From the NCBI GenBank assembly GCA_026127935.1, contig JAJSLL010000004.1, forward strand, positions 3,590 through 67,589: DNA of 64,000 nucleotides. Direction: 5' to 3'. The DNA is from Thermoplasmatales archaeon. Its GTDB lineage: Archaea > Thermoplasmatota > Thermoplasmata > Thermoplasmatales > GCA-001856825. Below are positions 20,109-30,314 of this stretch, piece after piece. Each line of letters opens with the position of its first letter. Positions within the stretch are counted from its first letter, which is position 1. The notes beneath the pieces are model-generated. The model ran no database searches and had not been told where the DNA came from. It worked only from the letters and a program-made list of their open reading frames with translations. The translations under genes were made by a program, and so were the position numbers.

Positions 20109-20662
20109 TTTATCTGGAAGAGTTCGCGTACATCCTTGACATTCTACCACAAGGAAGAATGGAAGAAAAAGCATTCAAGAGGGTACCATTGTCTCTCGCA
20201 ATAGGAGAGGAAGAGCTGAAGCTCTTTGAACTCATACCGAAACAAGGGGTCGTCATGACAATCGGCGACAGAGTTTACATAGGTAAAGACATAGAGAAGA
20301 GGGATAAGATAGGAAGCGTCAGGAGAAGAGTTTCATTCGACGAACTCACCCCAGGAGCACAGAACGAAATTGAGTTCGTGCTGAGACAGATCATAGAGAG
20401 CAACGAGCCAAGGTTTGTAAATTTCTTCAATACGGCTCAGCCCGTGACCGCAAGACTTCACCAGTTGGATCTACTCTACGGAGTGGGGAGGAACCTGATG
20501 TGGGAAATCCTAGATGAGAGAAAGAAGGGACCGTTCAAGAGCTTCCAGGATCTAAAGTCTAGGGTAAAGGGCTTGAGGGACCCGGAGAAAATGATTACAG
20601 AGAGAGTAATCAGAGAATTGAAGAACAAGGAAGAAAGACACAGATTGTTCGTATCCGGATAA
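20105..20662 (+). CDS. DUF655-family putative RNA-binding protein
   Basis: 185 aa with an N-terminal AYILDILPQGR motif and a C-terminal helix-hairpin-helix-like region. It overlaps rpoF by 4 nt. Confidence 0.7.
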   Translation: MIYLEEFAYILDILPQGRMEEKAFKRVPLSLAIGEEELKLFELIPKQGVVMTIGDRVYIGKDIEKRDKIGSVRRRVSFDELTPGAQNEIEFVLRQIIESNEPRFVNFFNTAQPVTARLHQLDLLYGVGRNLMWEILDERKKGPFKSFQDLKSRVKGLRDPEKMITERVIRELKNKEERHRLFVSG

Positions 20663-20665
20663 GAG

Positions 20666-21367
20666 ATGCGAAGAAGTAAGCAGGCAGGTATCAATTTTCT
20701 TAATGACCCAAAGGTTGCAGAGAGGATAGTAGCTTGTGTAGATTTCTCAGGAAAAGATGTGCTGGAAATAGGAGCTGGTCTGGGTCAACTAACGAAGTTC
20801 ATCAAGGGTTACAAGAATTTCACAATAATAGAAAGGGAAGCAGATTTCGTCGATAGACTGAAGGCGGATTATCCCGAGATCAACATCATCAATGACGATG
20901 CTCTGAAAGTTGATTGGCCAAAGTTCGAAGTGTTCGTTTCAAACATGCCTTACTCTATTTCTTCCCCATTGCTTGAAAAACTCTGGAACTCAGAGTTTAA
21001 AGAAGGGGTTGTTACTATACAGAAGGAAGTCGCTGACAGGATAATTGCTGTTCCGAGAACCAAGGACTACTCTAGGCTTTCTGTGATGATGCAACTGAGG
21101 TTCAAGGTAGAAAAAAAATTCGACATACCTCCCTCTAAATTCACTCCAGCTCCTAAGGTGCACAGCACAGTGCTGAGGTTAGAAAAGAGAGACACTGAGA
21201 TTCAGAAGGGATTTGATGACTTTCTAAAGACGGTATTTTCTCAGAGGAGGAAGAAGCTGAAGAACGTTATAGATGCAGAGATACAAGGAGACAAGAGACC
21301 AGAAGAATTATCAAGATACGAACTTCTAGAAGTATTCCAACACACTAATGCGCTGAGACAATCTTGA
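20666..21367 (+). CDS. rsmA: 16S rRNA (adenine-N6,N6)-dimethyltransferase KsgA/Dim1
   Basis: 233 aa with the SAM motif VLEIGAGLGQLT and the NMPYSISSP motif. Confidence 0.9.
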   Translation: MRRSKQAGINFLNDPKVAERIVACVDFSGKDVLEIGAGLGQLTKFIKGYKNFTIIEREADFVDRLKADYPEINIINDDALKVDWPKFEVFVSNMPYSISSPLLEKLWNSEFKEGVVTIQKEVADRIIAVPRTKDYSRLSVMMQLRFKVEKKFDIPPSKFTPAPKVHSTVLRLEKRDTEIQKGFDDFLKTVFSQRRKKLKNVIDAEIQGDKRPEELSRYELLEVFQHTNALRQS

Positions 21368-22532
21368 TCACGTCTCCGTCTTCCAGCACATATTCCTTTC
21401 CCAGCACCCTCTTCGTCCTGCCATTCAATGCCCTTATGAACCTTTCACCAAGGTCGGAGTGAACTTTGAACGCCAGGTCTAGTGCCGTTGAACCCTGTTT
21501 CAAGAGAATTGCATCCGGCAGAATATTCCCATTCTTGTCCGTCCAGTGATTCTCATCTTCCACAGGATAGACAACTATCATCTTGAGAACGTTTCGGACG
21601 AGATCTTCAATGGCTTCCTGTGTTTTGGTTCCACCATTGTGGTTCATGAAATCAGAAACTTTCCTGAGCGCCTCTTTTTGAGCCGAATTCAGCTTCCCCT
21701 CATCTAGTATCTTGAACGAAGTTTCTCCGGGTATATACTCGACCAGATTGGCCTTTGCGGCCTTTCTAAGGACGAGTTCGTAATCTCCGGAGACTACGTG
21801 GGCGCCTCTTCCGTTGAGCTTTACTGCCTCGGCCGATTCTATCTTGTCACCCTTTGAAGCGACTATTATTCCAGGTTTGGAAATCCTGAGAATTTCCTCT
21901 GCAAGCCTAATGGTGACTTGATCATCCCAGTTTTTCAGATTGCTGGGTATTGCTGCATTCTTGACTGCTAGGGTCACATCTTTTGGGTCAATACCAAGCC
22001 CCGATATCTTATCGTAAATTATCGAGTCGAGCTTCCCACCTTCACTCTCCAGTTTCCTAAGATTTCTGATGAGTCCGTCTGAAATTATGTTGGCAAGCCA
22101 CATTACGATTTCAGTGTGAACGAATTTAGCATCGTCCATCGGATCGAATTTTCCCTTCCCAACTGAATTTCCATTCTGATCCAAGGATCCAGTTGAATCA
22201 ACAACCTGGATGAATCCATCAGCCCTCCTCAGATCATCCAGAAACTTGTTTCCAAGACCCTTCCCCTCGTGTGCACCTGGTACCAATCCTGCGACATCTA
22301 TTAACTCAACGGGTACAAATCTGGTCCCGTCAATGCACTTACCAAATTTTGGACTGCACTTCTTTCCGAGATTTACATCCGGGCACCTTGATCGTATGTA
22401 CGTGACGCCCTTGTTTGATTCGATCGTCGTGAAGGGATAGTCAGCTATTTCGACTGAATTTTCTGTGAGTGCAGAGAAAAAGGTGCTCTTCCCAACATTT
22501 GGTTTTCCTATAATCCCAACAAGGAGGCTCAT
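21345..22532 (-). CDS. OBG-class GTPase/ATPase (YchF/OLA1-like) with C-terminal TGS domain
   Basis: 395 aa with G1 GKPNVGKSTFF, G3 DVAGLV and a C-terminal TGS-like GDVIKIV. It is convergent with rsmA and overlaps it by 23 nt. Confidence 0.8.
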   Translation of the reverse strand: MSLLVGIIGKPNVGKSTFFSALTENSVEIADYPFTTIESNKGVTYIRSRCPDVNLGKKCSPKFGKCIDGTRFVPVELIDVAGLVPGAHEGKGLGNKFLDDLRRADGFIQVVDSTGSLDQNGNSVGKGKFDPMDDAKFVHTEIVMWLANIISDGLIRNLRKLESEGGKLDSIIYDKISGLGIDPKDVTLAVKNAAIPSNLKNWDDQVTIRLAEEILRISKPGIIVASKGDKIESAEAVKLNGRGAHVVSGDYELVLRKAAKANLVEYIPGETSFKILDEGKLNSAQKEALRKVSDFMNHNGGTKTQEAIEDLVRNVLKMIVVYPVEDENHWTDKNGNILPDAILLKQGSTALDLAFKVHSDLGERFIRALNGRTKRVLGKEYVLEDGDVIKIVSAH

Positions 22533-22951
22533 TCTATCTTGGCTTCTACTAGGTCATAGCCCCTAGGGCATTTGTTCACTAACAGCGTGTTAACCGTGAA
22601 CTTCGACTTGTCCTTGGTGTAGCTCAGAATGCATATTCCCGCGAATTGGCATTCAAAGTCGTCACAGTCTGGTTTCTTGTACGTAACTTTAGCTCCTTCC
22701 TTTGCGATTTTCTTGGGGAGCATTATTCTCCTCTCCTCCTCTTCAACTTCAACTGTATAGACCTTGTCTCCCTCGTGTATGAAACACTTGTGTTCCTTGT
22801 TCCTGAAGTTGACTATCTTGTAGTAAGATCCAGGCTTGAGATTGTGACACACGTTTTTCAGATTGCAAACATTGCATTCCTGAGCCGGTGAAAAATACTG
22901 AAATACGGATCCCTCCTTGGTCAGATTTTTTGGCACAAGAGTGATTACCAT
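22529..22951 (-). CDS. UPF0179-family protein (Cys-rich, archaea-specific)
   Basis: 140 aa. The pattern ITLV...AKEG...C..C.....C...L..G..Y is typical of UPF0179. It overlaps both neighbours by 1-4 nt. Confidence 0.6.
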   Translation of the reverse strand: MVITLVPKNLTKEGSVFQYFSPAQECNVCNLKNVCHNLKPGSYYKIVNFRNKEHKCFIHEGDKVYTVEVEEEERRIMLPKKIAKEGAKVTYKKPDCDDFECQFAGICILSYTKDKSKFTVNTLLVNKCPRGYDLVEAKIE

Positions 22952-24009
22952 TATGAAACTCCCGTTATGTTCAGTGCCTCTCTTGCAGCAGTTTCACTGA
23001 TTCCACTTTCCCCAAGAATTGTATATCTGTCAGGTCTGGTCTTGTGTGCCATCATTAGAGCCTCGATGGCATCATCTTCGGTTAATGAAACCTGTGCAAG
23101 CGTGGTCGGAGCTCCAATTGTTTGGAGAGTATTTCTAATCTGCACCCAGTCAGCTCCGTGCAGATACATTGCTATGATGGAACCAATTCCACAAAGTTCA
23201 CCGTGCAATCCATTTCCCTTCTTCATCGAATCAACCGCGTGAGCAAACATATGCTCGGATCCAGAGGCGGGTCTCGAATTACCAGCGATGCTCATTGCAA
23301 TTCCGGAAAACACGATCTGCTTAATTACCAGCCACACACTCTCTTCGACTTGAGGTTTTATTTGGGAAGCGTTGCTGATTATCTCCCTTGCTGCGAACTC
23401 CGAGATAGCATAGGCAGAACTACTTACCCGTTCTCCCTTCAACTTGTGTCCCAGGTTCCAGTCTTTGAGTGCTGGCAGATTGGAAAGGACATCCGCAGCT
23501 CCTGCTGCAAGAAATCTGAAGGGTGCAGTAACGATGATTTCGGTGTCCGCAATCAATGCAGCGGGCATCATCGCTTCGACCGAAGAAGAAAGCCCGTTCT
23601 TGCTGATCGTCGCCCTCGGACTTGCCACTCCATCGTGGCTAGCAGAAGTTGGAATCGAAATGAAATCAAGTCCTAAGTCGAAAGCGCTCTTCTTTGCTAT
23701 GTCGATCTTTGTTCCACCACCGATTCCAATGAGAACTTTTGCTCCGAAATTTTTTGTATGTTCCTTCACCCGTTCCACATTCTCCTCTGTGGCATAGTCT
23801 ACCTGGACAATGCTTGTCTCTATTCCAGCTGTTTCAAGAATGCCTTTTACTCTCTCCCCTGCAAGTGTCCTGGTTGTGTTTCCAGTTACAATGACTCCTC
23901 TCTTTGAACTTGTGAGTTTCTTAAACACATCCCCAACTTTCTCAACAGCACCATGGCCTCCAATCACTTCTCTAGGAAGTATCATCACGGCCAATTTCTC
24001 GAATGGCAC
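22951..24009 (-). CDS. egsA: sn-glycerol-1-phosphate dehydrogenase
   Basis: 352-aa iron-type alcohol dehydrogenase fold (GIGGGTKIDIAK, SHDG). Its size and context are typical of archaeal EgsA. Confidence 0.85.
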   Translation of the reverse strand: MPFEKLAVMILPREVIGGHGAVEKVGDVFKKLTSSKRGVIVTGNTTRTLAGERVKGILETAGIETSIVQVDYATEENVERVKEHTKNFGAKVLIGIGGGTKIDIAKKSAFDLGLDFISIPTSASHDGVASPRATISKNGLSSSVEAMMPAALIADTEIIVTAPFRFLAAGAADVLSNLPALKDWNLGHKLKGERVSSSAYAISEFAAREIISNASQIKPQVEESVWLVIKQIVFSGIAMSIAGNSRPASGSEHMFAHAVDSMKKGNGLHGELCGIGSIIAMYLHGADWVQIRNTLQTIGAPTTLAQVSLTEDDAIEALMMAHKTRPDRYTILGESGISETAAREALNITGVS

Positions 24010-24068
24010 ACCGCCATATCCACTATTGATTATTTATGATTTTGCTGGGATGCCTCTTCAATCAGCAG

Positions 24069-25283
24069 TTAGGTGCCTTCTTGCCAGGAGTTGATGTATC
24101 GCTGTTGTTCTCCTGTAAGTTTGTCAAGTTTTATTCCATACGACTTGAGATAGATTGTAGCTACTTCAAGATCTATTTCACTCGGTACTGGATATACCTT
24201 TACCTGCTTAGGAGGGTTTTCGGCTATATACCTAGCAGTCAGTGCCTGAATGGAGAATGAAAGATCCATTATCTCAACCGGATGTCCTTGACCAGAAGCA
24301 AGGTTTACAAGTCTTCCATCAGACAAAACATACGCCTTCTTCCTTCCGATGGTATATGCCTTCACATTCCTTCTCACTACCTTCCCCTTTCCAAACTCTT
24401 TCTCAATATCTTCAACTGCAACTTCATTGTTGAAATGACCAGAATTTGCTAGCACAACGCCATCTTTTGCATCTTTCAGCAATTCAGGGGTGACTATGTC
24501 CTTGACACCTGTTGCAGTGATAACGAAGTCAGCATAGCCTATCGCCTCTTTCATTGGTTTCACAATAAAGCCATCCATATGAGCCTCGATAGATTTGAAC
24601 GGGTCTATTTCGGTCACGGTAACATTGGCCCCAAGCCCCCTCATCTTGTTTGCAATTCCCCTGCCGCACCATCCATAGCCCCCAACAACTACGTTCTTTC
24701 CTGCAACAACCAAATTGGTGGCCGTCAAAATCCCATCGATTGTGCTTTGGCCCGTACCATATCTATTGTCGAAAAGATGCTTCATCAAAGCGTCGTTAAC
24801 ATCGAACATAGGGAACTTGAGCGCACCTGCCTTTTCCATATTCTTTAACCTGACAACTCCAGTAGTCGTCTCTTCGTTTCCACCTTTTATGTTCTTGTAG
24901 GTGCGCTTGTCTTTTAACGCCAAAGCGGTCAGGTCTCCTCCATCGTCTATGATGATGTCAGGCTCTATCTCTATCGTTCTTTCTAGGTGTTCGTAGTACT
25001 CTTCCCTCGTAAGTCCCTTCTTTGCGAACACGCTCACTCCAAAATCATCCTTTAGAGACGCTGCCACTTCGTCGTCCGTACTGAGAGGGTTGCATCCAGA
25101 TATCCTTACCTTTGCCCCTCCCTGTTTTAGGGTATAAGCAAGAGCTGCGGTTTTTGCCTCGAGGTGGAGTGCCATCGAAATTTTTAGGTCTTTAAATGGT
25201 TTGTTTGAAATGAAGTCCTTTCTAATCTTGTCAAGGACAGGCATCCAATTCATTGCCCACTGAATCTTATTTTTACCATCCAT
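24069..25283 (-). CDS. ahcY: adenosylhomocysteinase (S-adenosyl/inosyl-L-homocysteine hydrolase)
   Basis: 404 aa with WAMNWMPVL, DDGGD, EETTTGV and GYGWCGRGIA. Confidence 0.9.
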   Translation of the reverse strand: MDGKNKIQWAMNWMPVLDKIRKDFISNKPFKDLKISMALHLEAKTAALAYTLKQGGAKVRISGCNPLSTDDEVAASLKDDFGVSVFAKKGLTREEYYEHLERTIEIEPDIIIDDGGDLTALALKDKRTYKNIKGGNEETTTGVVRLKNMEKAGALKFPMFDVNDALMKHLFDNRYGTGQSTIDGILTATNLVVAGKNVVVGGYGWCGRGIANKMRGLGANVTVTEIDPFKSIEAHMDGFIVKPMKEAIGYADFVITATGVKDIVTPELLKDAKDGVVLANSGHFNNEVAVEDIEKEFGKGKVVRRNVKAYTIGRKKAYVLSDGRLVNLASGQGHPVEIMDLSFSIQALTARYIAENPPKQVKVYPVPSEIDLEVATIYLKSYGIKLDKLTGEQQRYINSWQEGT

Positions 25284-25303
25284 GACCTATGAACCCTATT
25301 ACC

Positions 25304-25942
25304 TTAAAATTCTTTTTTGATCTTTATCAGAAAGCCATCTCCAAGTATCGAAGATTCAGCGCGTTCAAATTTCAAGGGCTCTTTTAAGTCACCAAACATA
25401 GTGATTCCCTCCTCGCCAACAATGACGGGTGAATAGAAAATTGAAATTTCGTCCCAGTTCCCTTGAGAAATGAAGGAAGTTATTACCGACTTTCCACCCT
25501 CAATCATCACCCTCCTGTACCCCATTTTACCCAGTTCCTTTACCACAAAGTCAGTGTGAAGTATCGGATCGGGGCTATTTCTAATCAACACCTTGGAAGC
25601 AACGTTACTGCCAAAATCAGTTGCAACCGCTCCTTCTCTGCAGAAAATTACAACACTTCTTTGGTATGAAAACACTCTTGCGTTTCCGTTAACTGTCAGA
25701 TTTGAATCAAGTATCGCTACATCCGGAATCCGCGTAGATTTGTAGTATTTTTCGTTCACCACTAATTTAGGGTCGTCTAGATTAATCGTGTTCTTCCCTA
25801 CTAGTATTATGTCAGATTCATCTCTCAACTTGTGGACCCTTACCAAATCTTCAAAATTCGAGAATCTGTAAGCTTTGCCTCCTCTTAAAGCGATTTTACC
25901 GTCGAGTGAGCAAGCGAAATTAATGATGATGTGTGGTTTCAC
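25304..25942 (-). CDS. 2,5-diamino-6-ribosylamino-4(3H)-pyrimidinone 5'-phosphate reductase (RibD C-terminal-domain family)
   Basis: 212 aa with N-terminal INFACSLDGKIA and C-terminal MIEGG motifs. Confidence 0.75.
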   Translation of the reverse strand: MKPHIIINFACSLDGKIALRGGKAYRFSNFEDLVRVHKLRDESDIILVGKNTINLDDPKLVVNEKYYKSTRIPDVAILDSNLTVNGNARVFSYQRSVVIFCREGAVATDFGSNVASKVLIRNSPDPILHTDFVVKELGKMGYRRVMIEGGKSVITSFISQGNWDEISIFYSPVIVGEEGITMFGDLKEPLKFERAESSILGDGFLIKIKKEF

Positions 25943-26062
25943 TGAACAAATAACGAATTTGAAATATTATAATTTATGTAGAACCCACCATAAGATAACT
26001 CCTGTTTCAATATTGTTGTATTTTTCAATTTAAAGAGACCCCCCAACGTTTAAGTAATATTT

Positions 26063-26080
26063 AATTAGGGTGACCTAATT
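26063..26080. promoter_or_regulatory. DtxR/IdeR-type operator candidate (AATTAGG-GTGA-CCTAATT)
   Basis: A perfect 7-nt inverted repeat with a 4-nt spacer. It lies 8 nt upstream of the regulator's GTG start and directly downstream of an AT-rich TATA-like stretch (26049-26064). Confidence 0.6.
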
Positions 26081-26087
26081 CCTTGGC

Positions 26088-26813
26088 GTGAAGCACAATA
26101 GTCAGGACTACCTCCTGGCGATTTGGGAGTTAAGTGAAAGTTATGGTTCTGCGAATGAAAAGGGAGTCGCCGAAAGGCTAGATATTTCCCTCCCTTCTGC
26201 CTGGGAGGGAATCCATCGATTAGAGAGAGAAAATCAACTTACGGTAAGCAAACAGGGTATAAAGTTCACAAGCGAAGGCTATCTCAGTGCAATGAAGATT
26301 GTGAGGACCCACAGAATAACGGAATATTTTGTCTACTCATATCTGGAAATTCCCTGGGATGAAGTGCACAACTCGGTTATGGATCTTGAGCACGATTTCA
26401 CGGAAAAACTCCTCGATAATCTTTACAGGAAGATGAAGTCTCCCAGCTACTGTCCGCATGGTAATCCAGTCAAGCCAGATCAGAAGATGATCGAGATCAG
26501 TGCATCAGAAGCTCCAGAAGGAAAGTACTATTTTGTTCGACCCGTACTTGAAGAATACTCATTTTTGAAGCAGCTTCTTAACGCAGGCTCTACGCCCGGT
26601 AAGGTCGTAGACATTGAAAAGGAAGGAGAAAGCTTGTATCTCATAGGCGAAAATGGGGAATTCAAAACTCCCGAGAAAATGGAGAAGGCGATCAGGCTGA
26701 GGTCCGGTCCCAAATCTGCGGAGCTGAGGAAGCCCTTGAAATCCGTCAAAGCTTCTGGCAAGTTGCCGCTAGAAAGAATCAAGGTAAAGAAGCCAAATGA
26801 ACCCTACGCTTAA
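26088..26813 (+). CDS. DtxR/MntR/IdeR-family metal-dependent transcriptional regulator with C-terminal FeoA-like domain
   Basis: 241 aa with an N-terminal DYLLAIWEL winged-helix signature, metal-site residues (H..E..H region) and a C-terminal SH3-like domain. Its 3' end overlaps the NRAMP gene by 17 nt. Confidence 0.8.
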   Translation: MKHNSQDYLLAIWELSESYGSANEKGVAERLDISLPSAWEGIHRLERENQLTVSKQGIKFTSEGYLSAMKIVRTHRITEYFVYSYLEIPWDEVHNSVMDLEHDFTEKLLDNLYRKMKSPSYCPHGNPVKPDQKMIEISASEAPEGKYYFVRPVLEEYSFLKQLLNAGSTPGKVVDIEKEGESLYLIGENGEFKTPEKMEKAIRLRSGPKSAELRKPLKSVKASGKLPLERIKVKKPNEPYA

Positions 26814-27999
26814 GAAGCTTCTACCAGTCTTAGGTCCAGGTTGGGTTGTGATGTTGGCAGACCTAGATGCACCAAGTGTCATAACTGCGATCCAATCCGG
26901 AATAGAGTTCAAGGCTCATCTGATAGTATTGCTTATAGCCCTCATAATTCCTCTATTCCTTGTTCAAGACACATCTTCTAGAATCGGCGCTGTAACTGGT
27001 AAGACGTTAGGACACGTCATTTCAGAATACTTTGGGCACGGATGGACTGTGGCTGCGGTAGGAGGTACGGCTATTATAGATTTTGCAGCTTATGTAGGTG
27101 AATTTGCAGGAATTGCCGTCGCCGGAACAATAGTAGGTATTCCAGTAATAGTGACTGTAATTTTAGTGATCATTGTACACACAATAGTTGTGTCAACTGG
27201 CAAATACAAGAGAATAGAGATCTTCCTGGTGTCCATTGGGTTCATTCTTTTCCTGTTTGTTGCGCTGGATTTTTTCGTCTTCCCCCACAACATTCATCTC
27301 ACTGACTTTTCGCCATTCATCCCTAAGAATTCATTCTATTTCCTGATAGCAGCAAACATAGGGGCTGTGATAATGCCCTGGATGCTGTTCTATCATCAGG
27401 CTGCCGACGTGGACAGCGGACTTAAGATTTCAGGGATGAAGAAGGAGAGTTTGGGAACACTACAGGGAGCTGTGGCATCTGAGGCTTTAATGGTGGCGAT
27501 CGTGATTTTTTCTTGGAAACTAGCCCAGGACGGACTCACGAATGGAAACTCCGTGACTAACGTTGCTACTGCCTTGGGCCACGAAATTGGACCCATCGGC
27601 CCTGTCATCTTTGCTCTTGCCCTTGCCGTTTCAGGATTGTTGGCAATGTTCGTAATATCAATGAGCATGGCCTATTCAGTATCTGACGTGTTCCGGTGGA
27701 GAGGATCTTTCAACAGAAGAGTGAGTGGTCACAAGAGGTTCTACGGTGTCTATATGATGGAAATTATTCCCGCTGCAATCCTGACTATTATCTTCACTAA
27801 TCTCATAAATCTCGCACTCGATGTGATGGTCTTCAGTGCGATCGCCCTGGCCATCCCACTTTTGATTGTGATTAGAATTGGCTCGAATAAAGAGATTATG
27901 GGTGAGCACAAGATAGGCGCTGCTCGGGCTATATCCCTCTACATTTTCATGATTTTGGCAGTAGGGCTAGGTGTTTTCTCAATTTTGCAAGTAATTTAG
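26797..27999 (+). CDS. mntH: NRAMP-family divalent metal (Mn2+/Fe2+) transporter
   Basis: 400 aa with about 11 TM segments and N-terminal LGPGWVVMLADLD. It is co-oriented and overlapping with the DtxR-family regulator. Confidence 0.7.
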   Translation: MNPTLKKLLPVLGPGWVVMLADLDAPSVITAIQSGIEFKAHLIVLLIALIIPLFLVQDTSSRIGAVTGKTLGHVISEYFGHGWTVAAVGGTAIIDFAAYVGEFAGIAVAGTIVGIPVIVTVILVIIVHTIVVSTGKYKRIEIFLVSIGFILFLFVALDFFVFPHNIHLTDFSPFIPKNSFYFLIAANIGAVIMPWMLFYHQAADVDSGLKISGMKKESLGTLQGAVASEALMVAIVIFSWKLAQDGLTNGNSVTNVATALGHEIGPIGPVIFALALAVSGLLAMFVISMSMAYSVSDVFRWRGSFNRRVSGHKRFYGVYMMEIIPAAILTIIFTNLINLALDVMVFSAIALAIPLLIVIRIGSNKEIMGEHKIGAARAISLYIFMILAVGLGVFSILQVI

Positions 28000-28143
28000 T
28001 AAACAGAGTTCTAAATAGAACGAAATAGCATCTACGAGACAATGGTAGTACTCTCAAAACTAAAGCGAGTGAGTGTTATTCGAAGTCACTTCTTATCAGT
28101 CTACTAAAGGAAATGTAGTTATTCTAATTCCCAATATTTCTCC

Positions 28144-29478
28144 ATGATTGTTTCTCCCCTCGATTACCGATATGGCAGGGAAGAGGTCAAGGCTATATTC
28201 TCTGAAGAATCAAACCTGAGAAACATGCTCGAAGTGGAGGCAGCACTTGCACAGGCAGAAGCAGAAGTAGGGATAGTGCCAAAGAAGGATGCAGACGAGA
28301 TCAAAAAGCATGCAAATCTGGAGTCTGTCAGAATCGACGAAGTGAAGAAAGTTGAGGGAGAAATAGGTCACAACGTTATGGCGATTGTGAAAGTTCTATC
28401 CGCTGCATCTGGAGAAAGTGGCAAATTCGTCCATCTAGGAGCTACATCCAACGACATCACAGATACAGCCAATGCACTACAATTCAAGAGATTTTACTCC
28501 GTCCTGACTGATGATTTATTCAAGCTCTCAGATGTGCTCTACGAAATATCAAAGAAGAACGAACACACTGTCATGATAGGAAGAACCCATGGGCAGCACG
28601 CATTACCAATCACCCTTGGTCTCAAGACGTCCGTCTATCTTTCTGAAGTTATGCGACACATCTCCAGAGTGGAAGAATCTCAAAAGAGGGTACTAGTTGG
28701 GAAGTTTATGGGAGCAGTCGGGACAGGCGCAGCCTTAGGCAAACAGACCATGAAAGTCCAGACAATTCTGATGGAAAAACTCGGTTTGAAGGAAGAGGAT
28801 GGTCCGACTCAGATAGTAGATAGAGATAGATATGTTGAGTATGTTTCGATAATCGCGAACATCGCAACTTCCCTCGAAAAATTTGGAACTGAGATCAGAA
28901 ATTTGCAGAGACCCGAAATAGGCGAACTTCAAGAACCGTTCGATGAGGCTAAGCAAGTAGGATCAAGCACAATGGCTCAGAAAATCAATCCCGTTAAATC
29001 GGAAAACATAGTATCATTGGCCAGAATAATACGGGGCTTCCTCAATCCAATGCACGAGTCGGCAATACTCTGGCACGAAAGAGACCTTACTAACAGCGCC
29101 TCTGAAAGATTCATCATCCCTTACGTTTCTATTCTAATAGACGACATTTTGAACAAAATGATATCCGTATTCAAGGGGTTGAAGGTCAATTCGGAGAACA
29201 TGTTGCGGAATGTCTTAAGCGATGATCTTGTACTCGGTGAAGCTTATCTGATGGCACTAGTGAACAATGGATATGGAAGGCAGGAGGCCCACGAGATAGT
29301 CAGGCGGGCATCTATGGAAGTGAGAGAAAAGGGTGGGGAGCTGAGGAACAGGGTAGAAGACTTGACTGGAAAGCAGATCAAGAAGTTATCTCCGCTTGAT
29401 TATACTGGCAACGCAGTTGAGATCACAGAGAAGATTCTTAGGAATTACGAGGCGTTTAAGAGAAATCGTGCATCTTGA
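28144..29478 (+). CDS. purB: adenylosuccinate lyase
   Basis: 444 aa with SPLDYRYG, GATSNDITDTA and the fumarate-lyase signature GSSTMAQKINP. Confidence 0.9.
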   Translation: MIVSPLDYRYGREEVKAIFSEESNLRNMLEVEAALAQAEAEVGIVPKKDADEIKKHANLESVRIDEVKKVEGEIGHNVMAIVKVLSAASGESGKFVHLGATSNDITDTANALQFKRFYSVLTDDLFKLSDVLYEISKKNEHTVMIGRTHGQHALPITLGLKTSVYLSEVMRHISRVEESQKRVLVGKFMGAVGTGAALGKQTMKVQTILMEKLGLKEEDGPTQIVDRDRYVEYVSIIANIATSLEKFGTEIRNLQRPEIGELQEPFDEAKQVGSSTMAQKINPVKSENIVSLARIIRGFLNPMHESAILWHERDLTNSASERFIIPYVSILIDDILNKMISVFKGLKVNSENMLRNVLSDDLVLGEAYLMALVNNGYGRQEAHEIVRRASMEVREKGGELRNRVEDLTGKQIKKLSPLDYTGNAVEITEKILRNYEAFKRNRAS

Positions 29479-29555
29479 GCCTGATATGCTGAAGGAGTTA
29501 CCGACGATAAGGTTCAAACGACTTAATCTTCAGAGTTCAATTTGGAAGAGGGAGA

Positions 29556-30314
29556 ATGAATAACTGGGAACGTTTCAATGAAAGATCGGAGAACTATGAT
29601 CTTTACAGACCGAGGTATCCTGGCGAACTGCTTGACTTTCTTGAAAAGGAGACGGGCCTCGGTATGGATTCTGTTGTCGCAGACGTTGGATCGGGAACAG
29701 GACTCCTCGCTGAATTAATCATCCAGTCAGGGTGCAATCTGTTCTGTATTGAACCGAATGAAGGAATGAGATTTATAGCACTCAAGAAGTTTACTGGGAA
29801 CAAACTATGCACGATCCTAGGAGGAACCGCGGAGAACACCTCGCTGCATAGCAATTCCATTGATCTGATAACGGTCGGTCAGGCTTTTCATTGGTTCGAA
29901 CCAAAGGCCACGAGAGTAGAATTCAAGCGTATCCTCAAACAGAACGGGCAGGTGTTACTGGTCTGGAATACTCGTTCAAAATCGGAAGAAGGAATGAACG
30001 GTGCGTATGAGCGGCTGGTGAAAGAGTACAGCAAGGAATATCACGCAAGTGGAATGAGAGCCACAAATCCCAACTCCATAAACGAATTCTTCGGAGGGAT
30101 TTACAGGTCTTTCAGCATCAAGAATTTACAGAAGCTTGATCTGACCGGTCTAATCGGGAGATACCTCTCTGCATCATACGCAGTGAAAGAAAACGATCCA
30201 CTTTTTATCAAAATCAAGAAGGACTTCACCGATGCATTCGAGAGATACGAGGTTAAAGGTAAAGTCTCAATCGAATACGAGACGGAAGTGGTGTTGGGGA
30301 AAATAGAAATGTGA
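29556..30314 (+). CDS. class I SAM-dependent methyltransferase
   Basis: 252 aa with motif I VADVGSGTG and the post-I/II pattern (FCIEPNEGM, DLITVGQAFHWF). Confidence 0.85.
   Translation: MNNWERFNERSENYDLYRPRYPGELLDFLEKETGLGMDSVVADVGSGTGLLAELIIQSGCNLFCIEPNEGMRFIALKKFTGNKLCTILGGTAENTSLHSNSIDLITVGQAFHWFEPKATRVEFKRILKQNGQVLLVWNTRSKSEEGMNGAYERLVKEYSKEYHASGMRATNPNSINEFFGGIYRSFSIKNLQKLDLTGLIGRYLSASYAVKENDPLFIKIKKDFTDAFERYEVKGKVSIEYETEVVLGKIEM

Noticed and set aside
23122-23797. Long plus-strand ORFs (184 aa and 117 aa) across the egsA locus
   Set aside because: They are antisense to a strongly supported glycerol-1-phosphate dehydrogenase gene. Their Ser/Arg/Cys-rich composition is typical of shadow frames, and they have no motifs. 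The same reasoning applies to most other short track ORFs that lie inside or opposite confident genes, such as 573-992, 15876-16333, 16836-17153, 17774-18332 and 31420-32077.
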